Shown here: one piece after another, positions 13,576-25,244 of the stretch
Layout of the letters: each line of letters starts with the position of its first letter
Numbering within the stretch: the stretch's first letter is position 1
Assembly: GCF_000315625.1 (NCBI RefSeq)
Contig: NW_005434606.1
Coordinates: forward strand, 1-64,000
Length of the DNA: 64,000 nt
Origin: Guillardia theta CCMP2712
Lineage: Eukaryota > Protista > Cryptophyta
Reading direction: 5' to 3'
The notes under the pieces: model-generated
Told to the model about the DNA's origin: nothing
The model's input: the letters and a program-made list of their open reading frames with translations, nothing else
The model's database searches: none
Made by a program: the position numbers and the translations under genes

Positions 13576-14098
13576 ACTTGTTACTGTAGTACCTTTTTAT
13601 AGAAGATTTACAACGGCTGTAATGGAAGTGAAGCGAGCAGAGAAAAGTTGAGGGAGAGAAGGAGGCAGGAGGAGGAAACACACAAGACAAGAGAAGAAAG
13701 ACAAGGAATGAATTTACAGAACTCGACAAGAAGGCGCAGACAAGATGAAGAAAACAAAGAAGGAATAGTGTATAAGAGATGCTTGAGATTGAGTTGTCAG
13801 CGAAGTAAAAGTTCATGGTGCGTCTTGTTGGCAATTCGAATTAAAGTCCGTGTTATTTTTGAGAGATATATTGAACTATGTAATCATCAACTTGAACTTG
13901 TGAAAGTGGGGGAACTGATTTAAGTCTTTCTAGACAGTGAAGCAGAATAATCAGTTATCGTCATGCGGCTTTGACGGTTCATGTCGACAGCACCATGTGC
14001 AGTGATTTGAGATAGAAGCGAACCTTCAAGATACAGGGATCAGATAGAGGCTATCTCTGCCCGCGAACTGAGGTAGAACGTCGGGGACCGTAAACTCG

Positions 14099-17000
14099 AT
14101 GAGTGGCAGGGGGACAGGACAAAAGCGAACGCGCTCTAGCGTGACTCTAGGAGGACGTTTTACAGACAACCTGCTCGGGATTGTGTGGAAGGAGTGCAGA
14201 AGATCGGTGTATCAATCGTCTCAATTTGACGATGGAAGAAGAAAATTGCTGGTCGTCGAGCGCATCCTCCCTGCCTCACCTGCCGCCTCCTCCAGCGCTC
14301 TCCGACCTGGGGACAAGTTAGTGAGCCTGACCATGGACGGGATGCACCGAGACACGATCGGGGAAGGGATCGCGTCATACAGCGAGTTTTTGCTGACACT
14401 GGAGGAGGTCAGGGAAGCGAGGATTGAGATGCTGGGTGTGTCGACCCTCTTCAACTTCAAGGCGTCAAATAGCCACAAGGGCAGCAGAAACACTTTCTCT
14501 GTCCTGCTCAGCCTTAAGCAACCAGGAAGTAAGGGCGTGAGATCCCAGCACGCGCATCATGGCAGGCAGAGCATGAGCAGGGGAGGGTCCCGGCCTTCGA
14601 CGCAGTCTTCGTCGTCATCCCTGACTCCTCGCCCACAGACCTCGAGCTGGAGGGTGTCAGAAGATGCCCGTGACCCTCGCAGTACTCGCCCGCTCAACGC
14701 GCAGAGATTCGAGCGACTCGTCTTCATGGTCAACAGACACCTCAAAGATCCGGCCGTCCTCCAGCTCCTGTACCTCTCTCCTCCTCCCTTCCCCTTCTCT
14801 TCCTCCTTCCCTTCTGCCTTGCCCTTCTCCTGCACAACCAGCTGCCCCTGCTGCAGCTCACGTTTTGTTTACCTCGACTTTGCCTTCTCCTCTTATCTGT
14901 TCTCTTTCTCTGCTCTATCTGATCTCAGCTTTCAGTTCACAATCATACGAGGTTGATCGTCCTCCTAGCTCGCTGTCCCCGTCCCAGGTTGGAAAGATCA
15001 TCAAAATGCGAAGTTTGACTAGCCTGCAGAGTCTGGCTGGACCCATCGCACTATCCTTGCGCCCCTGCTACCGACTGAACAGATGGTGGAACCAAGAGGA
15101 GGTGCGACGTTACAGTGGTTGTAGCTGCAGGAGGAGGTGATAGAAGATGAGAGGAGTACGGGGTGGAACGAGCCTAGCGTGCCTCACGGGGTTTGGCGAG
15201 TGTTGACAAGAGGAAAGAGATCTTGAAATCTCAAGAGAAAGATGGAGCTGGAAGAGTTTGAAACTAGAAAGTGGGGGGCGAAGAGGAAGAGAAATAGCAA
15301 AGGAAGCAAGGATCCAACCTGACAGAAACGGCAGGTGTTGAAGATGAAATTTTGCCTGGCCGCGATGAAGAAACATTCGGACTCGGTCAAGCTCATGGAT
15401 GTGAGTCGATGAAAGAGGAGCAAGAGGACTGAGAAGTAGGAGCAGTAGACTACTGTTGAAATCTGATAAGGGAAGAGGGAGGAGAGAAAAACCGAATTTT
15501 AGTCAGAGGGGAAGACGAGGGAAGGAGGGAGGGAGAAGAGGAGATAAGGGGGAGAGGAAAGAAGATTCAAGGGGAGGAAACGATTGACCTTTCTTGAAGG
15601 TTCTTGAAATACTTGAATCTCACATCTCGGTACATTTCTTCTCTCCTCTCCTCCTTTTCTCTACTACTTCTCCACTTCCGTCTGTTGCCGCATCCCTCTT
15701 GCTCCTCCACCTTCGACTTTCTTTCTCCTGCTTCACTTGTGTTAATTTTCTGATCGTTGTCCTAGGAGTCCGAAAACTATCAGGATGTTCTTGGCGAGTG
15801 GATGGAGGAGGTAGACGAGATAGGAGGAACAAAGGAGGAGGTGATCTGACTGTTGGTGGGCAGGCCTGCTGTCTACTCCAGGCATCGATACGAAGATTGA
15901 GGACGAGGAGGTGAGGGAGAAGGGGCGAGGTGGAGGTGAGAACTTGGAGCAGACTCGTTCAAGGCGAGGAACATGGGCGACCAAGTACAGCAGATGAAGA
16001 TGTTAGAAACACGCTGATGATGATGGAGGTAAGCATAGGGTGAAAATGAGGTCTAAGAAGGGGATGGAGTGCGAGTTGAAGGGGCGGAGGAAGGGCTCCT
16101 ACAGCTAACAAGTTGATTTAGAAATCATCCAACTTGCTGGTCGACTCAGTGCTTGAGGTGAAAATCTGAAGGAGGCAAAGAAGGAGAAAGAGGCGGATAG
16201 AGCGGGGAGCAGCGGGTGGGAGGGAGGAAAGCTCGATCACGGGAGAGAAGGAGGGGAAGGAAACGGATGGGCAACAGCAGGAAGTCACGGTGGGCGCAGG
16301 AGATTTTCATGCTCTCTCACTGTCTTCATCGCGCGTTGTCTCAACCAAATCATGGTGCTCTTTGTGTCGCCATTCTCCATACCTCTACCTCTACCTCTAC
16401 CTCTACCTCTACCTCTACCTCTACCTCTACCTCTACCTCTACCTCTACCTCTACCTCTACCTCTACCTCTACCTCTACCTCTACCTCTACCTCTACCTCT
16501 ACCTCTACCTCTACCTCTACCTCTACCTCTACCTCTACCTCTACCTCTACCTCTACCTTTACCTCTACCTCTACCTCTGCCTCTGCCCCTTCCTTCTCAC
16601 CTCCTTACTCTCTTTTACCCACATTGTCATGAGCATATCTTTTCCCCTTTCCGCCTGTCTGAGCATTCAGCTGAAGGTGACGAGGACGCGCTCTGCTTGC
16701 AAGTCAGTCGCCGTCTCCTCGAGCAGGTAACGATGTCGCCAGTTCTGCTCGTGTCATTTCGAGGGCAGGAGGCCCCGGCAGACGTGGACATGGAGAGCGT
16801 GGAGAGGATGACGAGGAGACTGGTACAGCAGGCGCTGCTCAAGGAGAAGAGAATGTCTTGCAGCTGAGTTGCTGCAAATGAATTCTGATGTTTGCTGACC
16901 AGGTCTAGTGGAGAAGGAGCGGAGGAAGGGCATGAAGAAGATGCAGGGATGCCAGGCAAGCCAATGGAAGATCTTAACGACCTGGTCAAGGTAACCGATA

Positions 17001-17470
17001 CCACCACCTTCTCCTCCTCCGTCTTTTCCTCCTTCTCCTCTTTCTTGCTTCACTTCTCTCCTTACTGCTTCTTCACCCCTTGCCTATCCACCTGTTGCAT
17101 GTGACTGCAGCACATCGCCTAAACACCTGCTCGTCTGTCTCGCCTGCGTCTTCTCTCCTCTCTCTTCTCTCTAGACTTTGCCTTCTATCCCCTCCCTCCT
17201 CACCACCCGCTCTCCTCTCGATCTTGTCATCTCTGCCGGCAGGCTCTAGCGATGGAGTGTCTCAAGCTAGGAGAGGAGGAAAGCTTCACTCTCTTCGACT
17301 TCGACGAGGACGAGGCCATCGACCTCCTCGACTTCCACCAGGGCGTCGACTGTCTCGCCACGTCCCTCCCTCTGGATCGCGTTGCTGATCTCTTCGGCAT
17401 ATTGGAGGGAGGAGGCGGGGGGAGGATGACAAGGGAGCAATGGGCTCTCGCCCTCGCGCGCTGGGGGTAG
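14099..17470 (+). CDS. Multi-exon protein with N-terminal PDZ-like domain and C-terminal EF-hand-like motifs
   Basis: LLVVERILPASPAASSSALRPGDKLVSL is PDZ-like. The last exon FTLFDFDEDEAIDLLDF...LFGILEGGGGGRMTREQW resembles an EF-hand pair. Joining the intervening exons into one gene is inferred. Confidence 0.5.
16381..16578. repeat. (ACCTCT)n microsatellite, probably intronic
   Basis: Direct hexamer tandem repeat. Confidence 0.97.
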
Positions 17471-17640
17471 AACAAGCGAGGTCATATTATTCTTTACAGT
17501 TCATATGAGACGTTGAAACAAAAAATGTGGGGAAAGGGGAGGAGGAGAAAAAGAGGAAGGGGAAGGGAAGAGGAGGACTGGAAGGAACCAACAGGAGGGG
17601 AGGGAGGAGGGAGGAGACCTGTATTGAAGGACCAGAAGCG

Positions 17641-19245
17641 TCATATTGGCTCCATGCTCATCCTTTTCTCCGTGTTGCCGTAGAGTCTCTCGTCCAAGTC
17701 CGTCAGGTTTCTCGACAGCAGCGCGTCATCATCTTCTGCTGTCCCTCTGCTCCACGTGTTCTCGTCCTCAATGTCTGTGCCTGCGTCCTGTCGGTTGCCT
17801 CCTCGCTTCACCCTCCTCTCGCTCTTCTCGGGGCACTCTCCTCCCTCGCACTCTCCTCGCACAAACTCCTTGATCCTCCTGCTCCCCTTGTGCACTTCAT
17901 GCTCCAGGTACTTCTTGTGCGCCCAGTCAACCGCGTACCTCACTGGGTCCCCCGCATCGGTCCCATGGAAACTCGCGACGACTTCTGTGTGATGTACCAC
18001 CAAAACGTCCCCCAGCTTCCGCGTCCTGCTCCTCCCGTACACCCGCGAGATCCAGTCGTCCATCCACCAGTCGCTCAGCACGGGCGGGTAGTACGTCTCG
18101 AAGATCCGCATGTGCGTCCGGTGCACGAAGTCGTGGGTAAGCATGTACCGGTGCTCCGAGGAAGAGTCGCCCCGTCCTGACGGCCCCACTACCCCGAGCA
18201 GCGACGGAGACATCCCAGCTAACGTCGAGCTCATCTTGCTCGCCCACCCCCAGCTCGCGATCTCGGTGTCGTCATTGACTCGGAACAGAAAGTCAGCCCC
18301 GTCCGACACTGCTGAGGCAGCCACAAAGTTGAAGACAGGGCCTGGCTTGCGGAGGACGTTGGTGAAGTTGAGAAAGATCAACTTGCAGTCAATCCCTTTC
18401 TCCTTGCTCGGAGCCTCGACGTTCCTCCTGAACCACTTCTTGAGAGAAGTCAACGTCCGCTCATCGTCGTAGAAAAGGTCTCCCGTGTCGTAGCCTACCA
18501 GCACCCAATACTCGAACTCCCCATCCATAGTCCTCCTCAGGGAGGGCAGCAACTTAGTGAACAGAGGGTTATCCTCCAAGGTCCGGAACTTCACGTTGAT
18601 CGACGTCGATCCCAACACAGTTGCCACAACTTGTTTCTTCCCGCTCGGCTGTAGCCTCTCCCTCCTCCTCCTTCCCTGCACGCTGGCCGCTATCCCCTTG
18701 GCTGTCATGGACGAGTGGATCGCAGGTACTCTCCTCTTCACGATCTCCCGGTGGCATTTGCGATCAAAGTAGCAGGAGCACTGCCAGCTCCTCCAAGTCC
18801 CAGCCAGCGATGGGGGCAGGGATTCCTCCATGCTCTCTTGACTAACATCCGAGGTATTCAACTGAGCTCTCAACTTCGTGCAGACCTTGCCAAACTTACT
18901 TCTTCTCAGAGGAACAGCCTCCACGTGCTGCCTTCTCAACCGCCCCTCACAGTCCAGCCCCTTCCACCGAGCCTCGTCCTCTGCCTCTCGTTTCAGTACC
19001 TCTCCCTTCCACTCCGACAGCTTCTCGAGGTTCTCGCACCGAATCACGTTCCTGTCCAGCACCGGCGCCCACTCAAAGCCAAAGCTGTCATACGTCATCC
19101 TGCTTTCTTCGCTCTCACCCCAGTCGCTCAGCACTGTATCGTCATGCGGCTCTTCGGAAGCGCCATGAAAGGCAGGGAACAGTAGAAAGTTCCATAGCAC
19201 CAACACACCCAGCGCCAACCCGATCAGCTGCCGCTGTGAAATCAT
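17641..19245 (-). CDS. Type II membrane glycosyltransferase-like protein (GT-A fold)
   Basis: Intronless. Likely start MISQRQLIGLALGVLVLWNFLLF (TM segment). Motifs VGYDTGD, GADFLFRVNDDT (DxD-like) and THDFVHRTH...WWMDDWISRVY. Confidence 0.7.
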   Translation of the reverse strand: MISQRQLIGLALGVLVLWNFLLFPAFHGASEEPHDDTVLSDWGESEESRMTYDSFGFEWAPVLDRNVIRCENLEKLSEWKGEVLKREAEDEARWKGLDCEGRLRRQHVEAVPLRRSKFGKVCTKLRAQLNTSDVSQESMEESLPPSLAGTWRSWQCSCYFDRKCHREIVKRRVPAIHSSMTAKGIAASVQGRRRRERLQPSGKKQVVATVLGSTSINVKFRTLEDNPLFTKLLPSLRRTMDGEFEYWVLVGYDTGDLFYDDERTLTSLKKWFRRNVEAPSKEKGIDCKLIFLNFTNVLRKPGPVFNFVAASAVSDGADFLFRVNDDTEIASWGWASKMSSTLAGMSPSLLGVVGPSGRGDSSSEHRYMLTHDFVHRTHMRIFETYYPPVLSDWWMDDWISRVYGRSRTRKLGDVLVVHHTEVVASFHGTDAGDPVRYAVDWAHKKYLEHEVHKGSRRIKEFVRGECEGGECPEKSERRVKRGGNRQDAGTDIEDENTWSRGTAEDDDALLSRNLTDLDERLYGNTEKRMSMEPI

Positions 19246-19599
19246 ACTGCGACTTATGCAGAAAGAGACAAACGGCAAGCAGCAGGAAAGAAGCGGAAAT
19301 GAAGAAAAGACTATAGCGAAGAAGTGTGTAGTCTTAGCAGTGAAGAACCTTTCATACCCGAGCCAAGAACTTTGAGGAAGCAACCAGAGCTCTCATGTTT
19401 GCGACCAACCCCATCCTGCTGAAGAAGGTTGTATCAGCAGTCATGCCACACACGTTCTTCGACTAGCCCTGACTTGCTCGACTCAGACAAACATCATTGA
19501 TCATGCCCACCACCACCACCGGCATCGTTCTATCATCGTAGACTCACCACGTTTACACTCCAAACCCATTTCATTCCTCAAAATTTCACCACACCACCA

Positions 19600-19960
19600 T
19601 CCATCATAATCGTCATCGTCATCGCCTAAATCATCATCATCTCGATCATCTCGATCATCTCAAGCATAATCATCTCAATCACCTCGATCATCGGCATAAG
19701 TGTCATAGTCATTGACATTGACATTGTCATTGACATTGACATTGACATTGACATTGACATCGTCATCGTCATCGTCGTTGTCAGCGTAAGTCCAAGCGAC
19801 AGCACCATCATTCTTACCACCACCATTGCCACAACAACATGCACTACCCTTACTAATATCATCCATATCATCCACATCAACGCGGTTGCCATAACTTATG
19901 AATTCCACAATTGTTATCTCAATCTTCATCATCACGATCCTCATCATCTCAATCTTCATG
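19600..19960. repeat. Low-complexity (ATC)n/(CATTGA)n tract
   Basis: Direct tandem tri- and hexamer repeats. Confidence 0.85.
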
Positions 19961-20148
19961 TCGTTTTCTTCTCCTCCCCAGGTTTCAACCTCGCACAGCG
20001 CTGACGCGTGCCATTCTTGGAGACCCACGGCCCGCATCCCCTCACTTCCCTCAGACTACCTAGCACCACCCTGAGCCTGACCCTGAGCACCACCTACAAC
20101 CAGTAGTACTACTACCCCTACTACTACAACGCGTCCGGTTTGTACAGG

Positions 20149-21841
20149 ATGGCGGGACTGCAAGTTGGGTGGTGGTGGGGGAGATGGAAAGGGCCCTCGT
20201 CTCTCTCTCTCTCCTTCCTATCCCCCCCTCCCCTCCTTCCTTCCTCGCAAGTCTACTCCTCAAGGCCCTCCTACGCAACTTATCCAGTCCCCTCGAGTAC
20301 CCCAACTCGGTTCACGTCGCCATGCTTTCCTTCCTACTGCTTGTATGATCGACCACGCTCTCTCTCGTCGAAGACGTTCTCCGACTCTCCGTATTCTACT
20401 CCAAAGCTTGACCGCAACACCGACGGGGCCGCGGACTCCAAGGAGCTGTTCTCGATGGATCCAGATGAGCTGGGGGCATTGCTGTTGAACCGTTTGGTCA
20501 GCAGCAAGGGTTTCAGTCATCATACTCCATTCTCGGTACCATACCGTGCACTCTCTTCTCACCTCCTCAGAATGTTGGCAGAGGTTTCAACAGGAGCACT
20601 ACGATAAGCTGAAGGAGGAGCGGGCACATGAGGTATATACTTGCTGCCAATGCGCTAGCCTGCCGTTTTGCGTGACATCACGATGCAGGAGATCGACTGG
20701 AAGGAAGAGTCGAGGGCGCTTGCGGTGAGACGATTCTGAACGTCTTGCTGCGGCACTTACGGGGCATGGGCTTGCAGAAGCAATGGGCGACGATGAGCAA
20801 GGAGGAGAAGGAGGTAGTTGGGAGGGGGAGAGAGAGTCAGGGTACGTGACATGGTGGAACACAAGCGATACCGGGAACAAGAAGTGCAGGAGGAGCTGTG
20901 GTTTACAGGACAGCAGAAGATCGCACAAGCGGATCACCAGGTAAAGGCCTTGTCGGTACAACTCCATGCACTCCTCCGCCGCCTCCTTACACGTTACCAG
21001 CAGACCTCTCATGAGGAGGGCAGCGACAATTCGAAGCTTGAAGCGCATGAGGTGAATGCTTACTAGAATAGGGCGAGTGTGCTGATGAGCAGTGCGTGAC
21101 ATCACGATGCAGGAGATCGACTGGAAGGAAGAGTCGAGGGCGCTTGCGGTGAGACGATTCTGAACGTCTTGCTGCGGCACTTACGGGGCATGGGCTTGCA
21201 GAAGCAATGGGCGACGATGAGCAAGGAGGAGAAGGAGGTAGTTGGGAGGGGGGAGAGAGAGTCAGGGTACGTGACATGGTGGAACACAAGCGATACCGGG
21301 AACGAAGATGGGCATGGGAGCTGCGTCCCAATAGGAAACGAGTTGGAGGCACGAGCAGGCAGACGTATAACGGCCTTCTCGGTACAACTCCATGCACTCT
21401 CCCGCCGCCTCCTTACAGGTCTGTAAGATTTTCCAGCACCTGATATATCATAGACTGAGGGATGAGCGGATGCGTAAGGTACATAATCGCTCGCTTGTTT
21501 GCTGATGAGCAGTGCATGACATCACGATGCAGGAGATCGACTGGAAGGAAGAGTCGAGGGCGCTTGCGGTGAGACGATTCTGAACGTCTTGCTGCGGCAC
21601 TTACGGGGCATGGGCTTGCAGAAGCAATGGGCGACGATGGGCAGACGGGAGAAGAAGGTGGTTGGGAGGAGGGGAGAGGGGCAGGGGACGTGACATGGTG
21701 GATCACAAGCGATACCGGGCAAGGGCGAGGGAGCTAAGAGCAAGAAAGAGGGATGATGACGACAGCGAGATGAGAAAGGCGACATACCAAAAGAGAAGTG
21801 ACGCTGATGAGAGTCTCAAGAATTTGAACGCGAGCAGCTGA
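20149..21841 (+). CDS. Triple HMG-box protein built from three ~420-bp exon-intron units
   Basis: Splicing GT-AG micro-introns gives box 1 HTPFS|RFQQEHYDKLKEERAHE|EIDWKEESRALA|KQWATMSKEEKE|RYREQ and box 3 RRITAFS|IFQHLIYHRLRDERMRK|EIDWKEESRALA|KQWATMGRREKK|RYRARARELRARK, matching the HMG-box pattern. The start codon is uncertain. Confidence 0.75.
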
Positions 21842-22149
21842 GGCAAGGGGAAGAAAATCGAGGTGAAGTTCCTGGGTCATCAGCTACTGTAAACAATGGA
21901 CGTTTCAAGAGAATTTCAACGCTAAGTAAAATGCATCATGCAGATGACAGCGAAGTAACAGGAATGCTCTGGGGATAAAGGAACATGCTGATGGAGGTCG
22001 ACGGTCTCCGTTCAAAAAAAAGGATCACTCCCTAGTCCCCTCTGACACGAACAATCCCTGTTCCGCCCTGCACCGTGCTACCTTTTTAGCCCCATAACAA
22101 CAGTGCTCTCTCTCGTGCATCAACTCACGAAGTCGAGCAACTCCCTAGG

Positions 22150-23291
22150 CTGTCACAAGCTGCGTTAGCAGAGGCTTTGCAGGATTTCAGAAACAGAAGC
22201 TTTATATCTCTTTGGTTCAACTGGTGCATTCTTTGTTCTGCTATGCTCACTCAGCAGAGTAAAGCTGAGACCCTCCCCTTCTGCCTGCATTCTTCGGTCT
22301 CTTCGCATTCTTGGCTGCTCCTCTCTTGGCTCCATTCATTGCGCCCTCTTGGTTTTCTGACCACAGCATGAGCGTGTAATGGGGATAACCACTGCACTCA
22401 CCCAGCTGAAAGTTTTGGAACTCCTTGACGAGACAGTCAATAGTGAACTGTAGCTTCGGCTGCTTGATGAAAGCCTCCACCGCCGATGGGTCAACACCTA
22501 CTCCTGGTCACGTCCCCCTCCATCTGCACAGATGACGCACCCGTTCGGTTGGCAATCACTCCAGTGAGAGCGCCAGCCATCAGGCCGCTCGTCATGGCGC
22601 CAGTCTCGACATGCCCATTCGTTGTCTACGGCGTCTTGTCAGCACAGTTGCGCATTCCTCAAGTCCCTACCACTTCTCCGCTGCTACGGAGGCGCAAGTA
22701 CGATCCGGTCTGGTCGGGGATTCGGTAGCTTTCCACCACCTAGCAGCTCCTTCAGCCCACGAGAGTCAAAAGGTCCAACCGTACATCAGAGATCGACTCG
22801 AAATATTCGCCGAGCTTCGCAAACCCCCACGACTTGTAATCCAACGGCACATCGGGATAAAATTGCTTCCAGGTCGGAATGAACCTTGCCTGCAAACAGT
22901 CCCCTCGTTCAGCTTTCATCTCCCTCCCCCTTTCCTCCGGCTCCTCACTTGCAGCAGGTCGCCAGTGGACTGCAGGATTGTCTGGACCATGAACTTGTAG
23001 TCGTCCGAGGAATACCCACAGCTGCTCAGTGCACATGTTGAGCCGAGACAAGGACGACTGCTGGGCTCACCTTTCAACCGGAGCTCCGGAAAATCCATCT
23101 ACTTCCTCCTCCCTCCTCGGGACCTCCATGTTGGTTTGCCCCCTTGCTTGCCCGAGACCTCTTCCTGCCCCCCTCCCCCCTCCCCTTCCCCTTCCCCTTC
23201 CCCTTCCCCTTCCCCTTCCCCTTCCCCTTCCGCGTGCGTTTTCCTCTTGCGCCTCATGTGGCCCATCGTAGGCAACAACTTGCTCGTCCAT
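22150..23291 (-). CDS. RG-repeat plus LOTUS/OST-HTH domain protein (putative RNA-binding)
   Basis: Exon 1 encodes (RG)n. Spliced exons give YKFMVQTILQSTGDLLQ|ARFIPTWKQFYPDVPLDYKSWGFAKLGEYFESISD|VVESYRIP, matching the LOTUS LDxxxxGFxxLxxxL pattern. The 3' end is approximate. Confidence 0.7.
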
Positions 23292-24069
23292 TCTGCATCG
23301 ACAACATTAGACAGAAACAAGCAATGACGTGGTGAGAGTGAAGGGACGCGCAAATGGGCAAATACACCAGAAAGACAGTGATTAATACCAAAGAAAATCA
23401 ATGAAATCAGTTTGGATGAGGATGAAGTTGAGGTCATTATCTGAAGCTATTAGGATACATCTTTTGCGTGAACTTAACCTTTGTACACTCCTTCTCAGAT
23501 CTCCATCACATTTGTACAAGCTCTTGCCTCCGTTCAAATTCGAATTGAGCAGTTTTCTATGTCCTCTCTCTTGCTCTACTCCCTGTCCCTCCATCTTCAC
23601 TCCTCTCTTCCCTTCCTCTTGCCCAGTGCCAACTGGTGGATCATCCCCGACCGCCGCAACAATCTTTTTAAAACTCACCATCAATAACATTATTAAATGG
23701 CATTTGGCTGATAATTGAATTGATAATAATGAACAATATTTTAAACTTGCTAAGAACTGAAATTATTCTGATTATCTTATGGTACCATGTAATTTACTCA
23801 TCGAAGGGGGGCGGCAGATCCGGTTACAGGAACATCGACACTGCTGTACTCAATAGCCGCCAACCACCAGCCGGACAGGCTCAATACGGCCCCCGGGCCC
23901 GGGCCCGGCCCGGCTCGCCCGGCTAATCGGATATTCGGAAGGGTTGCCTCCCGGCCTGGCCGTGCCGATTCCAGTCAGTCTGGTCTAGCCGGCTCTATCA
24001 GTGATAATGGCAAGCGGATGCGGTCCTATCTGTGACTCTTACCCTGGGGCCATCTGCCACTGGCCTGAG

Positions 24070-24868
24070 NNNNNNNNNNNNNNNNNNNNNNNNNNNNNNN
24101 NNNNNNNNNNNNNNNNNNNNNNNNNNNNNNNNNNNNNNNNNNNNNNNNNNNNNNNNNNNNNNNNNNNNNNNNNNNNNNNNNNNNNNNNNNNNNNNNNNNN
24201 NNNNNNNNNNNNNNNNNNNNNNNNNNNNNNNNNNNNNNNNNNNNNNNNNNNNNNNNNNNNNNNNNNNNNNNNNNNNNNNNNNNNNNNNNNNNNNNNNNNN
24301 NNNNNNNNNNNNNNNNNNNNNNNNNNNNNNNNNNNNNNNNNNNNNNNNNNNNNNNNNNNNNNNNNNNNNNNNNNNNNNNNNNNNNNNNNNNNNNNNNNNN
24401 NNNNNNNNNNNNNNNNNNNNNNNNNNNNNNNNNNNNNNNNNNNNNNNNNNNNNNNNNNNNNNNNNNNNNNNNNNNNNNNNNNNNNNNNNNNNNNNNNNNN
24501 NNNNNNNNNNNNNNNNNNNNNNNNNNNNNNNNNNNNNNNNNNNNNNNNNNNNNNNNNNNNNNNNNNNNNNNNNNNNNNNNNNNNNNAGGCACGAGGGGAT
24601 GACCAGGCGGAAGGTACGAGGAGATGACAAGGAGGAAGGCACTAGCTATGGTGATGACACAGACTCGGGCCTGGGGAGGGTACGAGGGGAAAAGGGGGTG
24701 GTGGTGATGTGGGAAGANNNNNNNNNNNNNNNNNNNNNNNNNNNNNNNNNNNNNNNNNNNNNNNNNNNNNNNNNNNNNNNNNNNNNNNNNNNNNNNNNNN
24801 NNNNNNNNNNNNNNNNNNNNNNNNNNNNNNNNNNNNNNNNNNNNNNNNNNNNNNNNNNNNNNNNNNNN
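24070..24868. other. Assembly gaps (N runs ~24070-24586 and ~24718-24868)
   Basis: N characters. Confidence 0.99.
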
Positions 24869-25056
24869 CCATCATGTGACACCGGGGTACTGGATAGTAC
24901 CGGTATTTTTGATACCAAGTCCTGGTTATGAAGGGGGTAGCCGCTGTGGGCTTCGAGGGGTGGGTCATGGGGAGGGGTCCGAACGGAGGGTTTAAAGGGG
25001 GGTGGAGGGGTGGGGTAAAGTTCCAAAATGGAGAGTTGAAAGTTTGAAAGTTGATT

Positions 25057-25244
25057 TTGATTGGAAAATGATTGCAAAAGTATACGGTTACGACCGTTTC
25101 TGATACGTGTAACGGTACGAAACGGGGAGTTTTGATTGGAAAATGATTATTGTTTCAAAAAGTTGATTGGAAAATGATTACTGCAAACTTTCGTTGATTG
25201 GAAAATGATTACTCCAAAAATTTGTTGATTGGAAATTGATGATT
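25057..25244. repeat. Five copies of TTGATTGGAAAATGATT (last copy diverged); four at exact 31-bp period
   Basis: Copies start at 25057, 25132, 25163, 25194 and 25225, with non-identical spacers. Each contains ATTGG (reverse CCAAT). Confidence 0.9.

Noticed and set aside
12825-13589. Pro/Gly/Arg-rich ORFs in GC islands (also 44300-45400 and 47465-47827)
   Set aside because: Stop-poor by composition, open in many frames on both strands, no domains.
16216-16867. ORFs with TS/YL/PL repeats (also 39085-39751 and the 5' part of 41597-42868)
   Set aside because: Translations of microsatellites that are most likely intronic.
20684-21720. Selenoprotein/TGA readthrough, or three alternative last exons
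   Set aside because: The first TGA lies in a GT-AG micro-intron and later ones are out of frame after splicing; each unit has its own helix-1 exon, so a tandem three-box model fits better.
23998-25077. ORFs spanning N runs
   Set aside because: Artefacts of assembly gaps.
25057-25244. CRISPR array
   Set aside because: Repeats (17 bp) and spacers (~14 bp) are too short, there are no cas genes, and the context is eukaryotic.
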